Shown here: positions 18,497 through 26,731 of the stretch, piece after piece
Numbering within the stretch: the first letter of the stretch is position 1
Layout: the number at the start of each line of letters is the position of its first letter
Assembly: GCA_035632415.1 (NCBI GenBank)
Contig: DASQGW010000132.1
Location: 2,563 to 66,562 of the forward strand
Length of the DNA: 64,000 bases
Source of the DNA: Burkholderiales bacterium
GTDB lineage: Bacteria; Pseudomonadota; Gammaproteobacteria; Burkholderiales; SG8-39
Direction of reading: 5' to 3'
Notes under the pieces: generated by a model
Told to the model about the DNA's origin: nothing
The model's input: the letters and a program-made list of their open reading frames with translations, nothing else
Database searches by the model: none
Translations under genes and position numbers: made by a program

Positions 18497-19165
18497 ATGC
18501 ACGCGCGCGTCCTCGAGCCGGAGTGGCTCGACGAGCTGCCGCCGCAAGATCCCCGTGCCATTCGCTCGCGTGCCGACTTGCGGCGCGTCAACGGGTTCAT
18601 GGGCAATGCGCGCCTCATTGCCGGCCCTCTGAGGCTACATCTCAAGGAGGGCGCTCGCATCGCCGACCTCGGCTCGGGCGACGGCCACCTGATGTTGCGC
18701 ATCGCCGAGCGGCTGCGCCGTCCGGGCATCGAGCTGAGCCTGGTCGACCGAGCTCCAGTCGTGAGCGAGGCGACGCTCGCGCGATTCAAGCAGCTCGGGT
18801 GGCGCGTGCGCGTGGTGTCGCGGGACGCCCTCGCCTTCCTTCGCGAGACCGAGACCGACGTCATAGTGGCCAATCTCTTTCTGCATCACCTTCCGGCGTC
18901 GGCGCTCCGCGAGCTGTTTGCAGCCGTTGCGCGGAGCGCACGCATGCTCGTCGCTTGCGAGCCGCGGCGTTCGCGCCTGGCGCTCGCGGGCTGCCACTTG
19001 CTCTGGTTGATCGGCTGCAATGACGTGACGCGCCACGATTCCCTAGTCAGCGTGCGCGCGGGATTCGGCGATGGCGAGCTGTCGGCGCTGTGGCCATCGG
19101 GCTGGACGCTCGAGGAGCGAAACGCGCCGCCCTTCAGCCATTTGTTTGTCGCCCGTGCGCGCTGA
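18497..19165 (+). CDS. class I SAM-dependent methyltransferase
   Basis: Starts at the base immediately after the PKS stop. Has SAM motif I, IADLGSGDGHL. Confidence 0.8.
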   Translation: MHARVLEPEWLDELPPQDPRAIRSRADLRRVNGFMGNARLIAGPLRLHLKEGARIADLGSGDGHLMLRIAERLRRPGIELSLVDRAPVVSEATLARFKQLGWRVRVVSRDALAFLRETETDVIVANLFLHHLPASALRELFAAVARSARMLVACEPRRSRLALAGCHLLWLIGCNDVTRHDSLVSVRAGFGDGELSALWPSGWTLEERNAPPFSHLFVARAR

Positions 19166-20183
19166 CGTGCTCATATTGGGTGGTGGGCCCGCTGGCGCAA
19201 CGGCGGCGATTCTCCTCGCCCGTGCCGGTCGAGAAACATACGTGGTGGAGAAAAGCGAGTTCCCACGACGCAAGGTGTGCGGCGAATTCGTCGCGGCGAG
19301 CGCCATCTCGCTCCTCGGCGAGCTCGGGCTCAAGGAGCGCTTCGACGCCCTGGCCGGCCCGGAAGTGCGCCGCATCGCCGTATGGAGCGGCAGGCGGGTG
19401 CTCGAGGCACCGATGCCGGGCCATCGGTACCCGCGCGCGCTCGAGCGCGACAAGCTCGATACGCTGCTCCTCGACGAGGCTGTCCGGAGCGGAGCACACC
19501 TCGTGCGCGATGGAGCCGGCATCCACGCCAGCACCGTCATCCGTGCCCACGGCTCATGGCAGCGCAACGTGCAACCGAAGCCCTCCGACCTCTTCGGCTT
19601 CCAGGCGCATTTCTCCGGCGGCGCGCTGCCGCCCGGTACGATCGCCCTGATTCCATTCCCCGGCGGCTATGGCGGGCTCGTCGAGCGCGCGCATGGGCGC
19701 TCGACGTTTGCCTGTTGCATACGTCGCGACCGGCTGCAAGCGCTTCGCGAAGGCGGGGTGTCGGCCGGTGAATCGGTCCTGCGCCATGCGATGCACGCCT
19801 GCCCCACTCTCGGCGAGGCCCTCGCCACCGCGACGCTGGACGAGCCCTGGCTCGGCGCCGGCCCCCTCCATCCCGGCATGCGAACGCTCCGCGTGGACGG
19901 CGTCTACTCGATCGGCAATGCAGCGGGCGAAGCGCATCCCGTGGTCGGCGAAGGCATCGCGATGGCGATGCAGTCGGCGGCGCTCCTCGCGCAGTGCCTC
20001 CTGCAGGGCGGAGACTATGCACGCCTATGGCGCCGCCGCTTCGCGCTGCGCCTGCGGGTGTCCGCGGGCCTCGCGCATCTCGCGATGCTGCCCGGGGCGG
20101 CTGCGCTCGCTCCGCTCCTCGGCGGGATGCCGCGCCTCATCACCGCGGCGGCGTTGCTCAGCGGGAAGCGAGCAGCTTCCTGA
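19155..20183 (+). CDS. FAD-dependent oxidoreductase (geranylgeranyl-reductase/flavin monooxygenase-like)
   Basis: GTG start overlaps the methyltransferase end by 11 nt. Contains VLILGGGPAGATAAILLARAG (GxGxxG) and GNAAGEAHPVVGEGIAMA. Confidence 0.8.
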   Translation: MRADVLILGGGPAGATAAILLARAGRETYVVEKSEFPRRKVCGEFVAASAISLLGELGLKERFDALAGPEVRRIAVWSGRRVLEAPMPGHRYPRALERDKLDTLLLDEAVRSGAHLVRDGAGIHASTVIRAHGSWQRNVQPKPSDLFGFQAHFSGGALPPGTIALIPFPGGYGGLVERAHGRSTFACCIRRDRLQALREGGVSAGESVLRHAMHACPTLGEALATATLDEPWLGAGPLHPGMRTLRVDGVYSIGNAAGEAHPVVGEGIAMAMQSAALLAQCLLQGGDYARLWRRRFALRLRVSAGLAHLAMLPGAAALAPLLGGMPRLITAAALLSGKRAAS

Positions 20184-20955
20184 TCTCCTCGGCCCGCGCG
20201 GGCGTCATGCCGCCCGCGGCGAGCGCAAGCGGCACCGTCTTCAGCGCAAGCGTGCGGTAGATCTCGCCGAAGCGCACATCGAGCGCATCGAGCGCGGCGA
20301 GGTGGCGCCGCACCGTGTCGATATCGCCGCGGGCGATCGATCCCGCCATCGCCTTCGACGGCCCGGAATGCGCCACCGCGTCGGTAGCGCCGCGCAGGAG
20401 GCCGAGCAGCGCGGTGAGCGCGTCCTCGGGCGCGATGCCGATCCGCTTGTAGATCTCCACGCCCTCGGCGAGCAGCGCACACACGAACGCTGCGGCGAAA
20501 TGCGCGCCGCCGTGGTACGCCGCGCGCGCCCCAGGCGGGATGACGAGCAGCCGGGCGCCGAGCGCATCCACCATGCTCTTCAACCGGGAAAGCAAAGGTT
20601 CATCCGCTTCGACTGCGATGGCGGCCCCGGCGATCGAGCGCGCCGCGATTTCAGGGTCCGCGAACATGACGAGCGGATGGAAGCCGCCCACCGGGCCGCT
20701 GGCAGCCTCGAGCACCGTGAGCTCGGCCGCGCCGCTGCAATGCACGACGCCCTGCTTCTTCCACGTGAGCGACCGGCAGGCGGCGGCGATCGCGTCGTCC
20801 GGCACGGTGAGAAACACGATGTCGGAGGCGTCCACGACCTTCTGCGCATCGCCGCGCGAGCGGCTCGCGACGCCGGTGATCGTGTAGCCGGCGCGCGAAA
20901 GGGCGAGGGAAAGGCCCTTGCCGACGCGCCCGGCGCCGACAAAGCCGAGCCTCAT
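20158..20955 (-). CDS. Rossmann-fold / DUF2520 domain protein
   Basis: Starts MRLGFVGAGRVGKGLSLALSRAG. The C-terminal region is DUF2520-like. Its start overlaps the stop of the SDR gene. Confidence 0.75.
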   Translation of the reverse strand: MRLGFVGAGRVGKGLSLALSRAGYTITGVASRSRGDAQKVVDASDIVFLTVPDDAIAAACRSLTWKKQGVVHCSGAAELTVLEAASGPVGGFHPLVMFADPEIAARSIAGAAIAVEADEPLLSRLKSMVDALGARLLVIPPGARAAYHGGAHFAAAFVCALLAEGVEIYKRIGIAPEDALTALLGLLRGATDAVAHSGPSKAMAGSIARGDIDTVRRHLAALDALDVRFGEIYRTLALKTVPLALAAGGMTPARAEEIRKLLASR

Positions 20956-21770
20956 GAATCGAGGAACAGATCGCGCCGAGGCGACGCGCCGGGCACGGCG
21001 TCGTAGCGACCAAAATCGGTCACGCCTTCGCCTCGCAGCACCGCCTCGTCGATGAGGAAATTCCCGGTGAAATCGATTCCCTTCGCGAGAACCGCATGCG
21101 CGGCGTCGGCCATGATCTCGGGCTTGCGGCACTGCTTGAAGGCCTCCCGGCCGGCGATGTGCGAGATGGCGGCGGTGGCGATCCAGGTCTGCGGCCATAG
21201 CGCGTTCACCGCCACCTTGCCTTTCAGCTCCGCGGCGAGGCCGAGCACGGTCAGGCTCATGTTGTACTTGGCGATGGTGTACGCGGTGTGCGGGGCGAAC
21301 CAGCGCGCATTGAGGTTGAGCGGCGGCGAGAGCGTGAGGATGTGCGGCGTCTTCGCCTTCAGGAGGTGCGGCAGGCACGCGCGGCTCGCAAGCCAGGTGC
21401 CGCGGTAGTTGATCTGGTTCATCAGGTCGAACATCTTCACCGGCGTCTCGGCGGTCGGCGTCAGGCTGATCGCCGAAGCGTTGTTCACGCAGACGTCGAT
21501 GCCGCCGAATGCCTTGACCGTCGCGGCCACGGCGCTTTCGATCTGCTCCGGGAAGCGGATATCGCACTGGATCGGAAGCGCTTCGCCGCCGGCGCGGCGC
21601 AGCTCTTCGGCCGCGCTGTGGATCGTGCCCTCGAGCTTGGGATGCGGCTCGGCCGTCTTGGCGGCGATGGCAATGCGCGCGCCGTCGCGTGCCGCACGCA
21701 GCGCAATGGCGAGGCCGATGCCGCGGCTGCCGCCGGTGATGAACAGCACCTTGCCTTTGAGCGTCGCCAT
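20952..21770 (-). CDS. SDR family oxidoreductase
   Basis: MATLKGKVLFITGGSRGIGLAIA carries the TGxxxGIG motif. Also has NNAS and the YxxxK motif (YTIAK). Confidence 0.9.
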   Translation of the reverse strand: MATLKGKVLFITGGSRGIGLAIALRAARDGARIAIAAKTAEPHPKLEGTIHSAAEELRRAGGEALPIQCDIRFPEQIESAVAATVKAFGGIDVCVNNASAISLTPTAETPVKMFDLMNQINYRGTWLASRACLPHLLKAKTPHILTLSPPLNLNARWFAPHTAYTIAKYNMSLTVLGLAAELKGKVAVNALWPQTWIATAAISHIAGREAFKQCRKPEIMADAAHAVLAKGIDFTGNFLIDEAVLRGEGVTDFGRYDAVPGASPRRDLFLDS

Positions 21771-21838
21771 GGCGAGCCATGATAGCCGCGGCGCCGTCTG
21801 GAACGCACATTGCTTGCAACTGGGCGATGGAGGTGCCC

Positions 21839-22156
21839 ATGCGCCTATTGATACTGATTCTTACGTTATGCCCTTCCCTGGTCCTCGCGCAGGCCGGCGA
21901 TCCCGCGCGCGGCAATACGCCGCCGGGCACGAGCCAGGACGGGAGCGGCCCGCTGGACGGTGCGGTCAAGGGCGGCTCGATCGTGCCCGGCGAAAGCGCG
22001 GGCGTGCCGAACAAGGACTCGCAGACCCCGGCCGCGGAACGGCTCAAGCGCTGCGACGAGTTGAGCGGCACGCTGCGCCAAGACTGCCTCGCCCGGGAAC
22101 GCAGCGCGGCCGGCGGCTCGAGCGCGCCGCGCCCGATCCAGAAAGAGAAGAAATAA
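21839..22156 (+). CDS. small secreted protein with Cys motif (paralog of 16488..16781)
   Basis: Signal peptide MRLLILILTLCPSLVLAQA. The C-terminal RCDELSGTLRQDCLARERSAAGGS is similar to the 16488 gene. Confidence 0.55.
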   Translation: MRLLILILTLCPSLVLAQAGDPARGNTPPGTSQDGSGPLDGAVKGGSIVPGESAGVPNKDSQTPAAERLKRCDELSGTLRQDCLARERSAAGGSSAPRPIQKEKK

Positions 22157-22162
22157 TTACTG

Positions 22163-22239
22163 AAAAAGGGGTCAGAGCAATTTTCCTGTAACTACTAACG
22201 TCCGTAGGTGTTACTGGAAAATTGCTCTGACCCCTTTTT
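22163..22239. repeat. AT-rich perfect inverted repeat (24-bp arms, 29-nt spacer)
   Basis: Left arm aaaaaggggtcagagcaattttcc (22163-22186) is the exact reverse complement of ggaaaattgctctgaccccttttt (22216-22239). It lies between convergent genes and overlaps the last codons of the LivM-like gene. Confidence 0.9.
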
Positions 22240-23133
22240 TGGTTTGAAGAGACCCAGCGCGGCGCCGAGGATGCCCTTCGGCATGTAGATGATGAAGAGG
22301 ACGAGCATCACGCCGTAGATCGTGGTGTCCAGCGCCGGGTAGCGGTTGCCGAATGCGAGGCGCAGGCCCTCCGCGAGGAGCAGGGTGAACGCGGCGCCCA
22401 CCGTCGGGCCGAGCATCACGAACATGCCGCCCGCGATGACGCCGAACACCATTTGCAGGCTGATCGCGAGGCCCGAGACGGTGTCCGGGTTCACGTAGAG
22501 CTGGTATTGCGCGTAGAGGATCCCGCCGACGCAGGTCATGAGCGCCGAGATGAGCGTGATGCGGAGCTTCGCGCGCGTCACGTGGATGCCGATCGAGGCC
22601 GCCGCTTCCTCCTCCTCGGCAATCGCCTGCAGCGCGAGGCGCCCCATGCTGCGATCGACCTGGCGCCACACCCACAGCCCGCCCAGCCAGAAGACGGCGA
22701 CGATGACGAGCCAGATCTCCTTCCCGGAGAACTGCAGCGCGCCGAAGGCCATGGTGTTGCCCTGGTGCAGCGCGGTCACCGGCGTCGCGCCGAGCGAGCC
22801 GCCCGTGGTGTCGCGCCACGCGGTGATGATGAGCCGCGCCACTTCCGAAAGCGCGAGCGTGACGAGCGCGAAGTAGTGGCCGACGATGCGGAACCGGAAG
22901 CAGGGATAACCGATCACCACCGCGACCACGGCGCTCAGCGCGAGGGCGGCGAGCGCGCCGAGCCAGGGCGAGACTCCGTAGTAGTTCCACAGCATCACCA
23001 CGGTGTACGCGCCGATGCCCATGAAGGCGCCATGCCCGAAGCTCACGAGCCCCAGCCGGCCCATGAGCGACCAACTGGTGTAGATGTATCCCCATAGGAG
23101 CACCAGGATGGCCAAGTGGAGCGGGTAGTTCAT
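22195..23133 (-). CDS. branched-chain amino acid ABC transporter permease (LivM-like)
   Basis: Starts MNYPLHLAILVLLWGYIY. It is polytopic and LivM-like. The last 15 codons (PKKGSEQFSSNTYGR) are encoded by the inverted repeat. Confidence 0.85.
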   Translation of the reverse strand: MNYPLHLAILVLLWGYIYTSWSLMGRLGLVSFGHGAFMGIGAYTVVMLWNYYGVSPWLGALAALALSAVVAVVIGYPCFRFRIVGHYFALVTLALSEVARLIITAWRDTTGGSLGATPVTALHQGNTMAFGALQFSGKEIWLVIVAVFWLGGLWVWRQVDRSMGRLALQAIAEEEEAAASIGIHVTRAKLRITLISALMTCVGGILYAQYQLYVNPDTVSGLAISLQMVFGVIAGGMFVMLGPTVGAAFTLLLAEGLRLAFGNRYPALDTTIYGVMLVLFIIYMPKGILGAALGLFKPKKGSEQFSSNTYGR

Positions 23134-23996
23134 TTGCCTAGGATCCCGCGCGGCCGCCAGAACATCACCGCGATGAAGAAGATGAACGCGATGACATAGC
23201 CCCATTCGACGGCAAAGAAGAACCCGCCGACGGCGATGAACTGCGCAAAGATGAATGCGGCGATGAAGCCGCCGACCATGTTGCCGAGGCCGCCCAGTAC
23301 GCAGATGAGGAACGTGATCGGCCCGAAGGAAAGCCCGATCGCGGGATGCACGTCGTACTGGAGCACGAGCAGGCATGCCGCGAGGCCGGCGAGCGCGCCG
23401 CCCAGCGCGGACGTGATGGCGAAGATCTTCGCCGGATCCACGCCCATCAGCGGCATGATCGAGCGATCCTGGCTGATCGCGCGGATTGCGGTGCCGAGGT
23501 AGGTGCGTGTAAGAAGGAGATATAGCCCGATCACGCCGCCGAGCGCGGCACCGAATGCGACGAGGCGCGAGCCGGAGAAGGACATCTCGCCGAGATGCAC
23601 CGAGGGCAACGCGACGCCCAGGTTCCTGAACTCGATGCCGAAGGCGAGCGTCGCCGCCGCCTGCAGGAAGAAGAGCACGCCGCCGGTGACGAGGAGCTGG
23701 TTGATCGGCTCCGCCGTGAGCACCGGCCGGATCACGAACTGATGGAGGAGGTACCCCAGGAACGCAACGATCCCGATCGCCGCCAGCATCGCGAGGAGCA
23801 GCGGCCAGTGGAACTGCACGTACAGGTAGTACACCGCATACATGCCGCACATGATGAGCTCGGCGTAGCAGATCCAGACGACGTCGATCACGCCGAACAC
23901 GAGGTTGAGGCCGAGCGAAAGCAGCGCGAGCAGACCGCCGAGCAGTAGGCCGTTCAGCACCGCCTCGAGCAGGTAGATGTCGAAGATGTCGCTCAC
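23130..23996 (-). CDS. branched-chain amino acid ABC transporter permease (LivH-like)
   Basis: GTG start gives (M)SDIFDIYLLEAVLNGLLLG and overlaps the LivF stop as GTGA. Confidence 0.85.
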   Translation of the reverse strand: MSDIFDIYLLEAVLNGLLLGGLLALLSLGLNLVFGVIDVVWICYAELIMCGMYAVYYLYVQFHWPLLLAMLAAIGIVAFLGYLLHQFVIRPVLTAEPINQLLVTGGVLFFLQAAATLAFGIEFRNLGVALPSVHLGEMSFSGSRLVAFGAALGGVIGLYLLLTRTYLGTAIRAISQDRSIMPLMGVDPAKIFAITSALGGALAGLAACLLVLQYDVHPAIGLSFGPITFLICVLGGLGNMVGGFIAAFIFAQFIAVGGFFFAVEWGYVIAFIFFIAVMFWRPRGILGK

Positions 23997-24691
23997 AGGC
24001 CTAGATATGCCTTCTGTATTTCCGGCGCCGCAAGCAGCTCGGCGGCCGTTCCCGATTGAACGATGCGGCCGGCTTCGAGCAGGTAGGCGCGGCTCACGAC
24101 TTTCAGCACCTGCCGGATGTTCTGCTCGACGATCAGCACGGTGTAGCCCTGCGCGCAGATGCGCCGGACGAGCTCGAAGATCGATTGCACCACCACGGGC
24201 GCGAGTCCTGCCGACGGCTCGTCCAACAGGAGCAGTTTGGGGCCGGACATGAGCGCCCGCCCGATCGCGCACATCTGCTGCTCGCCGCCCGACATCGCGC
24301 CCGCGGGCAGGTTGCGGCGCTCCTTCAGGCGCGGGAATAGCCCGTAGACCATTTCCAGCCTCTGGGCATACTGCGTGCGCGACGTAAAGGCGCCCATGCG
24401 CAGGTTTTCCTCGGCGGTGAGACGGGGGAAGAGGCGCCGGTTCTCGGGCACCTGCGCGATCCCGCGCGCGACCACGGCATGGGCCGGTACGTCGCTCAAT
24501 GTCTTGCCGTCGAACACCACATCGCCGTGCGTCGGCGCGATCAGCTTGGAGATGAGGCGCAGGAGCGTCGTCTTGCCTGCGCCGTTCGGCCCGATCACGG
24601 CGACCGATTCTCCGGCGTTCACCTCGAGCGAGACGTCGAAGAGCGCCTGGAAGCCGCCGTAGCCGGCGGAAACATTAGCGACCCGCAGCAT
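23993..24691 (-). CDS. ABC transporter ATP-binding protein (LivF-like)
   Basis: Walker A GPNGAGKTT, signature MSGGEQQ and Walker B LLLLDEPS. Confidence 0.9.
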   Translation of the reverse strand: MLRVANVSAGYGGFQALFDVSLEVNAGESVAVIGPNGAGKTTLLRLISKLIAPTHGDVVFDGKTLSDVPAHAVVARGIAQVPENRRLFPRLTAEENLRMGAFTSRTQYAQRLEMVYGLFPRLKERRNLPAGAMSGGEQQMCAIGRALMSGPKLLLLDEPSAGLAPVVVQSIFELVRRICAQGYTVLIVEQNIRQVLKVVSRAYLLEAGRIVQSGTAAELLAAPEIQKAYLGL

Positions 24692-25418
24692 AGGCCTGCA
24701 CTTCCGGCGCGTCGGTGCCGAGGTAGACCTCGATCACCTTCGGGTCTCGGGCGACTTCGGAAGGCTTTCCGCGGGCGATGACTTCGCCGTGGTCGAGCAC
24801 CACGCAGCGGTCGACCACGCGCATCAGCACGCCCATGATGTGCTCGACCCAGACGATGGTGATGCCGCGCTTCGCGCGGATGCCCGACAGCATCTCCGCC
24901 GCCTGGTCCATCTCCGAGTGGTCCAGGCCGCCGAGCGACTCGTCGGCGAGGAGCAGCTTCGGCTGCGTCGCGAGCGCCCGCGCGAGCTCGAGCTTCTTCA
25001 GTCCCGCCGCGCCGAGGCGCTCGACGCTCTCGCCGCGCAGCCCGACGAGGTCAAGGCACTCGCGCGCATGGGCATACGCCTGCTCGCGGGACAGGGCCTG
25101 GTTGCTGCCATAGAACGCGGCGAGCGCGACATTCTCGAGCACCGAGAGCTTGCGGAAGGGCTTGGGGATCTGGTGCGTGCGCCCGATGCCGGCGTGCGCG
25201 ACGCGATACGCCGGCAGCCCGCCGATCTCCTCGCCGAGAAAGCGCACCGAACCCGCCGTGGGCGCAAGCGCGCCCGCGATCAGGTTGAAAGTGGTGCTCT
25301 TGCCCGAGCCGTTCGGGCCGATGAGGCCGAGGATCTCGCCCTCGGCCACCTCGAAGGAAACATTCTTGACGGCGAGGAAGCCGTCGAAGCTCTTGGTCAG
25401 CCCCTCGACACTAAGCAC
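24675..25418 (-). CDS. ABC transporter ATP-binding protein (LivG-like)
   Basis: Walker A GPNGSGKST plus a LLLADESLGGL-type Walker B region. Confidence 0.9.
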   Translation of the reverse strand: MLSVEGLTKSFDGFLAVKNVSFEVAEGEILGLIGPNGSGKSTTFNLIAGALAPTAGSVRFLGEEIGGLPAYRVAHAGIGRTHQIPKPFRKLSVLENVALAAFYGSNQALSREQAYAHARECLDLVGLRGESVERLGAAGLKKLELARALATQPKLLLADESLGGLDHSEMDQAAEMLSGIRAKRGITIVWVEHIMGVLMRVVDRCVVLDHGEVIARGKPSEVARDPKVIEVYLGTDAPEVQAYAAGR

Positions 25419-25421
25419 CTA

Positions 25422-26693
25422 TCAGGGTGCGAACGTATGGCCCTTCGGGAACGGCAGCACCGGGTCGGTGGTCTGCACGGCCTTCGGCCAGGCGATGCGC
25501 GCGCGGCCGTTGACGTACTGCATCACGACCACGAACGAGCGCTCGTTCTGTCCGGCCATCGGGCCGTCCTTGAAGAACTTCACGCCGTAGCCCTGGATCG
25601 TGCCGCCCACCGGGATGTCGACGTCGAGCGCGGCCTTCCGCAGCGCCTCCGGATCGATGCCGCCGTACTTCTTGATCGCGACCGGCAGGACATCGTGCAG
25701 GAAGATGTAGGTGTTGTTGAAGCCCATCGCCGCGTGCGGCGGCATTTCGCCAGGGCCTTTCACCCGCTCGTAGCGCGTCTGCAGCTCTTTGATGAGTTCC
25801 GCCACGCCGGGCTTCAGCGTCTTCGGGTCGAGGAGCTGCGCGGCGGCCGGATCGGCCGAATGGAAGTAGTTCACGTCGTCGCCGAAGGTCTGCCGCAGCT
25901 TGTCGATCTGGCTGTGGCCGGCGCCGTGGCCGATCAGCGCCTTGAACTTGAGGCCCTGCTCCTTCGCCTGCCGCAGGAAGAGCGTGATGTCCGGGTTGTA
26001 GCCGGTGTGCAGGATCACGTCGGGCCGCGCGCGCTTCAGCTTCGTGACGAGGCTGGAGAGGTCGGGCGAGGAGGCCGCATAGCCCTCCTTCATCACGACG
26101 TTCATGCCCATCTTCTTGCACTCGATCTCGTTCGCCGCAGCGACGCCGGCGCCGTACGGGCCGTCCTCGTGGATGATGGCGATGCGCATGTTCTTCGGAT
26201 CGATGCCGAACTTGGGCTTCGAGTAGTAGTGCACGTACTCGCAGGTGGCGTGACCGTACTGGTCGCTGTGCACCGTCGGGCGGAAGACGTACTGGAAGTG
26301 CTTGTCCTTCAGGACGGAGGAGGCGACGCAGACGTTCAGCCAGAGGAATTTCTTCCGCGCGTCGGCCTGCTGGGCCATCGGCACGCATTGCGCGCTCGAA
26401 TACACGCCCATCACGAGATCGACCTTCTCCTGGTCGTAGAGCCGCGTCATCTCGTTGATGGCGACATCGACCTTGGATTGGGCGTCGGCGTAGATGGGGT
26501 TGATCTTGTAGCCCATCACGCCGCCCTTCTCGTTGACGTAGTCGACCGCGGCCTTGGTGCCCACCTGCGCGGGCTCCGAGCCGCCGCCGGCAAAGGGGCC
26601 GGTGACGTCGTAGATGAAGCCGATCTTGATTTCCTTCTGCTGCGCCTGGGCGGCGAAGGCAGCCAGGCAAAGGGCTAAAGCGGTGATACGCAT
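25422..26693 (-). CDS. ABC transporter substrate-binding protein (LivK/Leu-Ile-Val-binding family)
   Basis: Signal peptide MRITALALCLAAFAAQAQ followed by a type I periplasmic binding fold sequence. Confidence 0.9.
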   Translation of the reverse strand: MRITALALCLAAFAAQAQQKEIKIGFIYDVTGPFAGGGSEPAQVGTKAAVDYVNEKGGVMGYKINPIYADAQSKVDVAINEMTRLYDQEKVDLVMGVYSSAQCVPMAQQADARKKFLWLNVCVASSVLKDKHFQYVFRPTVHSDQYGHATCEYVHYYSKPKFGIDPKNMRIAIIHEDGPYGAGVAAANEIECKKMGMNVVMKEGYAASSPDLSSLVTKLKRARPDVILHTGYNPDITLFLRQAKEQGLKFKALIGHGAGHSQIDKLRQTFGDDVNYFHSADPAAAQLLDPKTLKPGVAELIKELQTRYERVKGPGEMPPHAAMGFNNTYIFLHDVLPVAIKKYGGIDPEALRKAALDVDIPVGGTIQGYGVKFFKDGPMAGQNERSFVVVMQYVNGRARIAWPKAVQTTDPVLPFPKGHTFAP

Positions 26694-26731
26694 AAGGACT
26701 CCCCTCCTCTCGGCAGAAGTCTAGCGAGGAT

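Noticed and set aside
24789-26678. 629-aa plus-strand ORF
   Set aside because: It is antisense to the LivG-like ATPase and LivK-like binding-protein genes, both of which carry clear family motifs. It is a shadow ORF.
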